From Octopus vulgaris (Eukaryota): a DNA stretch of 64,000 nt. Where the stretch lies: assembly GCA_951406725.2 (NCBI GenBank), contig OX597824.1:39432001-39496000 (forward strand). Direction: 5' to 3'. Made by a program: the position numbers and the translations under genes. The notes under the pieces were generated by a model. It was not told the DNA's origin. It did not search any database and saw nothing but the letters and a program-made list of their open reading frames with translations. Positions 54,011-64,000 of this stretch are shown here, one piece after another; within the stretch, counting starts at the first letter, position 1; each line of letters begins with the position of its first letter.

Positions 54011-55942
54011 AAGTTAATCTAGTAAACAAAATAACTAAATCGTCTCTCCCCCCCCAAAAAAAAAATTAGCTCTACTGTATAACGAATACGGTTATATTAT
54101 TATATAATATATTTCTAGATGCAATATGGGTTCAAATGAGACTTCATAATGATATATTCTCCCAGCCAAACAATATTTATAAGTGTAAAAGAATAACAAC
54201 AGAGACAATGTTTAAAACATTTGTCAAATGTTTTTTTTTCTTTTTTATTAATAGGAGTAAACTCGGGCTAACTTCATAACAACTTAGCCATGCACTTCTA
54301 TCTTACCTTCAACCGACACGTATATTGTTTCATCTCAATCTAGTCGTTACTTCTGATAAGAGACGAATGACGTTATACAGTAGAGCTTTATTTTTTGTTT
54401 CATGGGCGGAACGATTTAGTTATTTTGTTTTACTAGATTAACTTTTATTCGTATTATTCATTGTCCTGGTATAAATGTGTATAATGATAGTAACGATAAC
54501 TTCCAGTGATATTTAAAGATCTATTTGCAAGGATGCACGAGTATACACGATATTGTATGCTTTCTTAAAGTCAATGTAAGTCCCTCAAAATTATCTAATC
54601 TATCGGCAATTCATCCTTTGTTTCTCGTGATCCCTTCCTGCAGTTTTGTTCATCTCCTAGTATTTCATCTTTATTTCAAGGTAGTTGTACAATTAGATAT
54701 TTATTTTTTAAACAGTTCACACAGGAAAGAGCGACAATTCCTAGTGAATTCCTTTCGTTCAAGAACACTCACCAAAGTGATTTAACTGATTTGGCATGGC
54801 CTGTAAAAGTAATGCATTCAGCATTTTCCGCCACATCATTCTATTAACAAAAATACTTACAACTACACACAGTCTTGAATGAAGACATGAATGTAATATT
54901 TCCTTCTTGCTGTCGTGTAGCAACCATAATCTGCCTCAAATCAAATACCATCGCCTTAATGAAAGTACACAGAGATAAACGTCGTCTTATATATATCTAA
55001 TATATATCAATCATAGTATGTGTGTATATTGACTAACACATACATTTCTACAGTTCTCAACCGACCTTCTTTACACTCACATTACTTATCTCCCAAGGAT
55101 GGTCATACATTATAACATTTTACCCAGAGCTCCCACGTAAATGGACAAACCGGGGTAAACGGTGGTTTACACGGGCTTTTCTCTCTAATTCGTTGTATGT
55201 ACATAGTTTTTTTTTATGTAGTGTCTCCCATATATTTTTAATCCGTATGGTCGTATATTGGCATTAGAGAATATTTTTAGTGGTTTTCACATATTTTTAT
55301 TTATTATTTACTAGCTTACAAGCCGCACTATTAGGCGGTTTTTAAGCTAGCTCCTGTGGAGGACACTTCATTAGGCCTTGTTCCCCAAAATTACACTTCA
55401 TGCATTGAGAACATATTAAATTTTATTAAACTTGAACAATGTTTTTCAAGCAATGAGCAATTTTCATCAAAGCAATGATATAATTTGTCGACTTGGTACT
55501 TACTGCAAAGCTGCGTGATAAACAGCAGTACCACCACCATCTGTCATACACACACCATTGAGACTTCTGACGCCAACACCATCAATACCTTTAACTTCAC
55601 TGCCAACACCCCTGTCTTTCACATCACTTACTCTCACCGTCATCCTTGACCACGTCGGCTACCATCACCAGCATCATCATTACAGCTGCCTCTGCCTCTG
55701 TCACAACTACAGTTCATATTATTACTATCAACCCATTACCATTACAAAAACCTAAATATGTGTAAATGAATTTTGTTCACGTTGTTAGTTCAGTATGTTG
55801 GTTCAGTGTTCAGTCCCTCTTTCTCTCACATACCCACTCTTTCTCTTTCACTTATTATTTCTCCCAATACCACCATCAACACTACTACTTTTAATAAAAA
55901 CATCAACTCTCCCTAAATTTCTTTGTTCCCCCTCTTTTCTTT

Positions 55943-55983
<41 letters not shown>

Positions 55984-57008
55984 TTGTCTGTCTTCGCCCC
56001 CGCCCTCACCGTATGGGGAATAGATGTCATGATTTTTGCTGGGAACTTATAACTCCTTGCTAATCATAATTGACCTTGGGCTATGTAGCAACAACAACAA
56101 TAATATATACGGAATGAGTTGCAGGAAATAACAAACGAGTGAGCAACGCGACAGTATCATAAGATAAAGCATAATATATGGTTTATCGAATGAGGAAACC
56201 TCTACATGGTAGCTCACATTGTAGAAAGAGCAGTAAAACCTCCTTTAAATCACTTTATTCCGTGCCATCTTTGAAAAAGAACTGACTCTTTAAAAATAGT
56301 TTTCTGTATAGAATTCTCGATAAGGAAACGTTGTAGTTATAGCTGGAAGTTTCTTGGATCATATATCTCTTCTATGAAGGCTAACTTTTGGTAAACCATG
56401 ACAACCACCACTGCGACCAGTAATAACAACTACAACAATAACTGCTACCGTCTCCATAACTCACACGAATGTAGACCACCTGCTCCATTAACATTAGTTA
56501 TCCATTATCTATTCTACCACTCCACCAGTACCACCACCACTGCTGCTATCATTACTACTACCACCACCACCATTGCTGCTATTACTACTACCACCACCAC
56601 TACTACTATGAGTATCCACAACACACCAAATACTGTCAGCACCTACTCCTTCTACAACCATCACAACTATATTAGCACGCCACCACCATACCCGCCACAC
56701 ACCACTAATAACTACTATCCCTAACACTATTAATAACCCAGCATCTTAACCACAACTGTAGCAAAACTGTAGAAGATTTTACAATCAAATTAACTTACTT
56801 AATAAAGATACATGCTAAGCACGTTTTTGACTTCTATTTATAGTTTGTTTTCAACCTCTATTATTTTTGTTTTACCTTATGACCGATTTCGACAACAGGT
56901 CATTAAACAGTGTGTACAGGCTGCTTGTGTTTTGTATTCTCTTGTTTTTCCATTAAGCGTTTTTGATGCATTATAATTGAAATAAGAATAATAATAATAA
57001 TAATAATG

Positions 57009-57062
<54 letters not shown>

Positions 57063-57065
<3 letters not shown>

Positions 57066-57508
57066 TTCTGCTCAATACCACAGATTTGCTTGTCAGTTGT
57101 TTGACTTTAACCAGTTGAACATGTCCCTTAGTGGCTGACGATATGTGCATCTCTGATCACGATCAGAAGTAGTGGGGGAGCATCGTAGCCATGTGTTGAG
57201 AGGGATTCTTTGGGGTTTGAATAATTCACCTCTGGAAACATGGGTGTTTCGTTCAACATCCTTAAACAACCCTTATTCAGGGACCTTTCGAGTGGGATGG
57301 GTTACTCGACCTGAAGAAAATTCTAACTAGGTCCCACCTGCAAGGTCATGTGCTGTTTATCTTGATATGAGATCACCATGTCGCGCACATATGGTTGTGA
57401 TGCATGTGCCTGGTGTACCCTTATCAGACGGGTAGTCATGATGGGTATACTGGGCTTCGTATATTTTACCCCAGTGTCACTTTGATGGCATGCACTGCTC
57501 TCTCACTC

Positions 57509-57509
<1 letters not shown>
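57063..57509 (+). mobile_element. Non-coding retroelement 3' fragment embedded in (TAA)n
   Basis: An inverted paralogue lies at 58632-59150. Both copies end at the same point in (AAT)n and differ at the 5' end. Confidence 0.75.
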
Positions 57510-57580
<71 letters not shown>

Positions 57581-57582
<2 letters not shown>

Positions 57583-57961
57583 GATTAGTAAATATAAAGA
57601 CCTGCTAATAGAAATTGAAAAAATGTGGCATCTCAAGGCGACTACAGTCCCAGTGATTGTAGGATCTCTAGGAATGATATAAAAAAAGGTACTGAAACCT
57701 ATTTGAAAATGATTCCAGGCTTATCATCCCTACAGGAAGTGCAAAAAATCCTGTTTACTGGAACGGCTCATCTACTGCGAAGAGCGTTATCACTGTGAAA
57801 ACAACATCCATCCATGAATTTATTTATTTATTAATTTTTAAATACATACTGTGAATTTTCGTGTGTAATCTGGGAATGCATACAATGAGCTTCACTGCCC
57901 TAGGTGTATGGAAAACACTCAGCGAGAAACGGAAGAAAATTTGAAGAAAGAAGGAAAAAAC

Positions 57962-57962
<1 letters not shown>
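57581..57962 (+). mobile_element. R4/Dong-like LINE 3' fragment (RLE C-terminus plus UTR) in (TAA)n
   Basis: KISKYKDLLIEIEKMWHLKATTVPVIVGSLGMI..EVQKILFTGTAHLLRRALS. Confidence 0.88.
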
Positions 57963-57992
<30 letters not shown>

Positions 57993-57999
57993 TAATAAC

Positions 58000-58595
58000 A
58001 ACATGCGGCATTTTGTCCGTCTTTACGTTCTGAGTTCAAATTCCACAGAGGTCAACTTTGTCTTTCACCTTTTCGAAGTCGATATATTAAGTACTAGTAA
58101 AACAACGGGAGGCCATGTAATTGACTACTCCGCTCCAACAAAATTTCATGCTTTGTGCCTTTATTGAAAAGGATTGTTATTGTTTTTAAGAAGGTAATTT
58201 GGTAGAACCGTTAGCACTCCGGGCAAAATGCTTTGAGGCATTTTTGTCCGTCTTTACGTTATAAGTTCAAATTCCACCGAGGTTGACTTTAACTTTTATC
58301 CTTTTGGGGTTGTTAAAATACTCCTAAAATTACTTCCCATGAGCCAAAATTTGAAACCATTATTACAATTATTATCATTGTTAAGGCGGCGAGCTGGTAA
58401 AATCGTTAGCACGCTAGACGAAATGCCTAGCAGTATTTCGCCCGTCGCAACATCCTGAGTTCATATTCCTCCAAGGTCGACTTTACCTTTCATCCTTTCG
58501 GGTCGAATAAATAAGTACTATTTGAGGACTGAGGAAGATGTAATCCACTATCCTTCATCCTCAACATTTCAGGCCTTGTATCTACAACAGAAAGG

Positions 58596-58631
<36 letters not shown>
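58000..58631 (+). mobile_element. Head-to-tail cluster of three SINE family A copies
   Basis: Cores at about 58050, 58280 and 58480. Clean head at 58383. Confidence 0.8.
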
Positions 58632-59150
58632 GGGTGAGAGAGCAGTACATGCCATCAAAGTGACACTGGGGTAAAATATACGAAGCCCAGTATACCCATC
58701 ATGACAACTCGTCTGATAAGGGTACACCAGGCACATGCATCGCAACCATATGTGCGCGACATGGTGATCTCATATCAAGAAAAACAGCACATGATCTTGC
58801 AGGTGGGGCCCAAGGTCTCCTAATAAGGATTGTTTAAGGATGTTGAACGAACCACCCATGTTTCCAAAGGTGAATTATCTAAACCTCTAACAATTCCTTT
58901 CAACACACTGCTATGATGCTCCCCCACTACTCCTGCTCATGATCAGAGATGCACATATCGTCAGCCATTAAGGGACATGCTCAACTGGTTACGGTCGAAC
59001 ATCTGACAAGCAAATCTGTGGTATTGAACAGAATATTTTCTGTAGCTCATCTTGTCTACAAAGACAAAACAATGTACATGATAACACTTTCAGTCAGTTA
59101 AGATTAGAAGCCATGTGAGCCACTGCCTGGTACTGCATCAGGACATGGTA
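58632..59150 (-). mobile_element. Second copy of the 57063-57509 element, inverted
   Basis: Reverse-complement match, with an internal deletion of about 40 bp near 58812. Confidence 0.8.
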
Positions 59151-59168
59151 CCGCTATTATTATTGTTG

Positions 59169-59209
<41 letters not shown>

Positions 59210-59229
59210 GGTATTATTGTTGTTGTTTC

Positions 59230-59945
59230 TTTCTAGTCCTGTTTCTTCATCACGTCTCAATTTCTCCCTCTGCAACTTAGAGACGCAACGCTTTCTTCAA
59301 TACAATGTGTTATTCCGAGCCAAATCCTAGCAACTGTGTACTTCCAATAAAGTTTGTCATTTTCAGCTTTACATGCCAGAATATTTTTTTTTCTTTCAGA
59401 TGGCCCAGAATGCACCGATCACGATTCATATCACACTCCCTTTTAAGGCGCTATGGTTACATTTAACTCCCAGTAATAGGTCTTGTTACTTTTCGACTTT
59501 CTCGTTCTGTCTTCATTAAAATCTGGTCTGTATGTATAGCTACGTCGATGAAGATCTATTTTTTTGGTAGTAGAGTGATATCAGTTCGATTATGTTGCAG
59601 TTTCTTTTCTGTGTATATTGACATATTCCCACGTAGGTTTCACCTGGCCATTTTCTGTTACTAGCAAAGGTTGGTGCTCATACCACTTGGGACATTTTAG
59701 CCCATACATTTTGCAAAATTCATAGTGTATTCTCATTGCTCCCTTGTCATGGCGTTGTTTTCCACTTCATTTAGGCCAATTTTGAGCATCCACTAATTAT
59801 ATGTTTAACTGTCTCAGATGATTTTTTTCCATATAATGTACACAAAGGTGATACTGCTCTCTTAACAAAACTGCACCTGATTTAGTCGGTTCGCAAGGCT
59901 TCGTTTTGAACAGCAAATATCAATCTTTCTATTTACTTTAAAAAT
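59230..59945 (-). mobile_element. Decayed R4/Dong-like LINE 3' part (zinc knuckle plus RLE)
   Basis: Minus strand reads ETVKHIISGCSK, RHDK, NRTDIT..IDVA and KVEK..DL. Confidence 0.8.
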
Positions 59946-59959
59946 CCGTGATAGGATTC

Positions 59960-61150
59960 TGGAAGTGATGCTCCTTGAAGAAAAGAAAAGATCAGAAGTC
60001 AGAAAAGCGAATGATGTTGCTATGAAAATTCTTAATTAAGGGCATCACAGAGTTAAATTCTTTGATATTTGCTACTGCTTATGCCATCCCGTGAAGAGGA
60101 TGTTTAGCGAAAAAGACGTAAAGAGAAGCAAAGGAGTTCTAGAAAAGAGAATAAAATGAAGCATCGATACATGGAGAAAAGGTTTTAAGTAAGATCTAGG
60201 AAGTAAGGAGAGGAGATATGAGGCTCAGTCACAGTGAACAGAACCACACGAGTAAGAAATAGTACCTGGAGAACAATAACGTTTTGTTTATCTCGAATAT
60301 GTTAATACAAACGATCAAGGTGAGTGGAATTAAGATCAAATGATACCAAGAAAGTTGCCTACAGTTCAAACAAACCAATTGTTCAGAACAAGAATCTATA
60401 TCGAGGAAATAGAGAAGAGGCAGAGTTACCTGGTACCACAGTAGCAACTTCGTTTTTAAGCAAGATTTGGTCAGAGGCTGTCAAACAAGAGGAATCCCTG
60501 GCTACAAAATGTGGAAGATTTTCAGTAACAGAGTTATGAGGACATTATCATCACGTTGGATGATAAAAGCAGGAGTTAGTAAGATGAGAAAGATTAAAAA
60601 GATTATTAAGATTAGAAACTATAATTCAACTGTCCCAGAGCTAGTTCAGTGATTTTTTTCTCAAAGGATTAAATTTGCAACCTAAGCTACAAGAATTTCT
60701 ACAAAGTTGTGTACACCAAGGCACTGTACCCGAGTGGATGGCCACAGAAAGAACCGTATTGATCCAGACGCAGGTACCCAATGATCTGAGGCCAGTCACT
60801 ACCGTCCGTTAGCTCCCTTACATATGATGCGGCAGCTTCTAATTGGAAAAATTGGAAAACGTTTGTACAACCACTTTCATATAAAATGGACTGCTAGCAG
60901 ATGAATAAAAGAGCTGAAGAAAAGGTTCTCGAGGAACGAAGGATCAGTTGCTGATAGTTAAGGCAATTTTAAGGAACTGTCGCAGAAGGCTGACAAGCTT
61001 ATCAATGGCATGGATTTATTATAAGAAGGCATACAATTTGGTTCTTACCTGCGAATTCGTAAATGCATGAAGAGGGTCGAGACTGCTAAAGATGTATATT
61101 TGATCAGAAGCAGTATGAGAAACTGTAAGACAATTTTGACAGCTGGTAGG
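59960..61150 (+). mobile_element. Decayed R4/Dong-like LINE, RT N-terminal part, opposite orientation
   Basis: VPEWMATERTVLI and [40 protein letters not shown]. Confidence 0.8.
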
Positions 61151-61269
61151 AGGGAAAACGGACAAGGATGAAGAGAGCGAAAAGTAGCTGGTCTGTTTCT
61201 TTACTTGTTATTGACGATACTTCCTGGTTTTATTATTTTTTAATTAAATATTTTTATTACTATTTTTAT

Positions 61270-62080
61270 ACATGAATACACGCCTTTTGTAATGCCTCAA
61301 TTTCGCTTTTATCTAGAAACCTAAAATAATATATCATAAAATACCCACATTTGAACCAGAATTGAAGAAATATTTGTAAACACAGCCCACAAACATTACC
61401 TCCATAAAACATATAGGTTAACAATTCTACATATTAATCAAATTACTTATAAAACAATGAATTTTTAAAGAGAAACATATAGACACTCTTTACAACTACC
61501 CACATACATCAAAGCACAAGATAAATAAATTTCTATACTAATAACACAATGGAATGTCCGATTAATAACTTTCACCATCCGAAATCCTAAATACCAAGTA
61601 AAAAACACTAACACTACCTACTTATATTCTGATATGAAATCCTAAAATATATTACAAAAAGTTAACAAACCCGTTTTCTAAATTTTTAAACACTGCCCAA
61701 AACTTTAACATTTACATTTTCAGAGTAAAGGATTAAATCCAATAAAACCAAAAGTAATAGAAAATACTGGAACATAACTGTTTACAAAAAGGAACACACC
61801 AATAAATTCATTCCAAGTTCTACATACAAGGTTCGACATACATGAACAAATTCTAAACAATAATATAACCCCAAATTTAATCCATAAAATATTTCTCCAC
61901 GTCTCCACCACAAGCTACACTACAAACGAATTACCACTCCATTCAAACCAACAAACCGAAGGGAGATTGTACCTCAAGAAGGACTATAAAACTGAGGTTA
62001 ACTTCAATGCATCAGAGTCCGACTATGGCTCACCTGGCCAAAACTTCGAAGCCACTCTCAATAATATTCTTGTTTAAGAA
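61270..62080 (+). mobile_element. Possible decayed Penelope-like remnant
   Basis: A/C-rich decayed ORF-like sequence ending in a CTCAAGA-AGGACT...AGTCC-GAC hammerhead-like remnant. Confidence 0.35.
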
Positions 62081-62752
62081 TAATATAATGTAGATTAATG
62101 TAGAGTTGTTTTTATAACTAAACATAAAAAGGGAAGCTAATAACTCATTTTTATCATGAGAAAATGTTTTAGTTGAATATACATCATTGAATGTTTCACT
62201 GTATAAAGTATTCAGCTTAGCACTTAACTATATGTTCTTCATGTAGACCACAATTTTACCATTGTGAATTATTATGTAAATATACACACACACACGTGTG
62301 TGTGTGTATATATATATATATAGAAATAAATACACTTTAGATCAGTTAAAAGTATGTTCAGAACATATTTGAACTTGTCTTATTTCAGATTTGGCGTGGA
62401 GAAAAATTATCGATTTAGGCATAAAGAGAGTTATTTATGGATTAGTGAATTCATTTAATGCTCTTTTGTGTTTTTCAGTATCAGATTCCAAGACAGACAA
62501 CTTGGAACTGATTGGAAAGTTTATCTTTTTTCGTACGAAATCAGAAATTACATACGTAAACCGTCACGCCGGAACAAATAGAGAAGTGAGCAAGTAAAAG
62601 ATGGAGAATAACTTTAGATCAGTTCTAATATATTTAGGACAGATTTGAAAGCGTGCATCTACCTATCGCTTTAACATGGCCATAGCTGTGGTACAAATGA
62701 CATTGAGCGAATTTTTACTGTTATCATTAAGTTAAAATTTTTTTTCGCTTAT

Positions 62753-63140
62753 TAAGGTGGCGAGCTGGCAGAAACGTTAGCACATCGGGCGAAATGCTTT
62801 GCGGTATTTCGTCTGCCGCTACATTGAGTTCAAATTCCACCGAGGTCGACTTCGCCTTTCATCCTTTCGATTAAATAAGTACCAGTTACGGACCGGGGTC
62901 GATATTTTCGACTTAATCCGTGTGTTTGTCCTTGTTTGTCATCTCTATGTTCAGCCCCGTGTGGGTAGTAAAGAAATAGGTATTTCATGTTTTTACGGAT
63001 TGAGTTCAAATTCCGCCGAGGAATTAGCCTTTCATTCTTTCGGGGTCAATAAATTAAGTACTAGTTGCGTACTGGGATCGATCTAATCGACTGTCCCCCT
63101 CACCCAAAAATTTCGGCCTTGTGCCTGGAGTAGAAAAAAA
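62753..63140 (+). mobile_element. Nested SINE family A: a Tx1-tailed copy inside an ordinary copy
   Basis: Head and core, then GTGGGTAGTAAAGAAATA|GGTATTTC at 62979, then a second core and an ordinary tail. Confidence 0.85.
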
Positions 63141-64000
63141 TGTTTTTCGTTTGTCCCATCTCTCATGGTTTTTCCCCAGTTCATACCCTGAATTTTCGTT
63201 TGAAATGTTTGTCTACCACTAAAATATATATTTTGTTTAGTCATATTAGTTATTAATTATTTTTAATAAGTCGACTGGTCATTTGCGACACTAGTGTCTG
63301 ATTAGACATTCATATTGTATATATCGTTTCCGGAAGATTGTTATGTCACTGCTGGTAACCTATCCTAGAGGAACCCATAGCAGGGAGAAATTACGCAATC
63401 TGGAAGTTCCGATATACCCGTGTGCTTATATGTACCACGAGTCCAGATGAGATATCCTCTCAAGTTAAATATCTCTGTATCCTGTGTTCTAACAATTTTC
63501 ACGTCAAGTCGCAGATTAAGATTACCTTTTGGTATTATTATTGCGTATATCGCTATTTTTTTTAGTAAGCCCAGTGGCCATTTGCGACTTTGGTGCCAGA
63601 ATAGACATTATGAAGCACGTATAAGAGTACGACTTCGATACTTGTGATGTTGGTTAGCTTTTAGTCTTCGGTTTACTCCGATGGAGTAAATTACAGTCAA
63701 ATGTATTCCAGCGATGACCATCTCATCTGGGAGATATACAAGACTTAAATTATCCAATTATCCTTTTCCAAGAATACACCTATTTGATGGTACACACATT
63801 AAATAATGTGACATGGGGTTTTCAACTCCTGTTTTAGCTGATAAATTGGTAACCGAAACATTCATACTACTATTACTACTACACTGAACTAAATTGTTAT
63901 CTATCGCTACGTGTAAATAGCCACTAGAATTTAACAGTTGCGAGATAAATATTAAGGATATATAGAATTGCTACTGGGCCAGGAAATATGGGAAGATATA

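Overview
AT-rich, repeat-dominated eukaryotic DNA, intronic or intergenic. The SINE families, very dense microsatellites and LINE clades suggest a coleoid cephalopod such as Octopus; that assignment is inference. No intact protein-coding gene can be supported. Most ORFs in the track are microsatellite translations, and the rest are decayed transposon ORFs: R4/Dong-like, RTE, CR1 and Tx1 LINEs, Penelope-like elements, mariner, Tigger/pogo, Helitron and a Helentron-like HINE. The main observations are: (1) a Tx1-clade LINE that appears inserted inside a tRNA-derived SINE just 5' of GGTATTTC, plus a SINE variant that carries the same 3' tail and sits at the same site in other SINE copies, suggesting a SINE-targeting LINE with a self-targeting SINE partner; (2) two well-formed type I hammerhead ribozymes (28171-28267 and 37029-37074, minus strand) and several decayed ones in Penelope-like repeats; (3) a young fold-back palindrome joined to a tandem triplication (44.5-45.8 kb); (4) a non-autonomous Helitron with a triplicated helicase 3' end; (5) a few weak candidate host exons.
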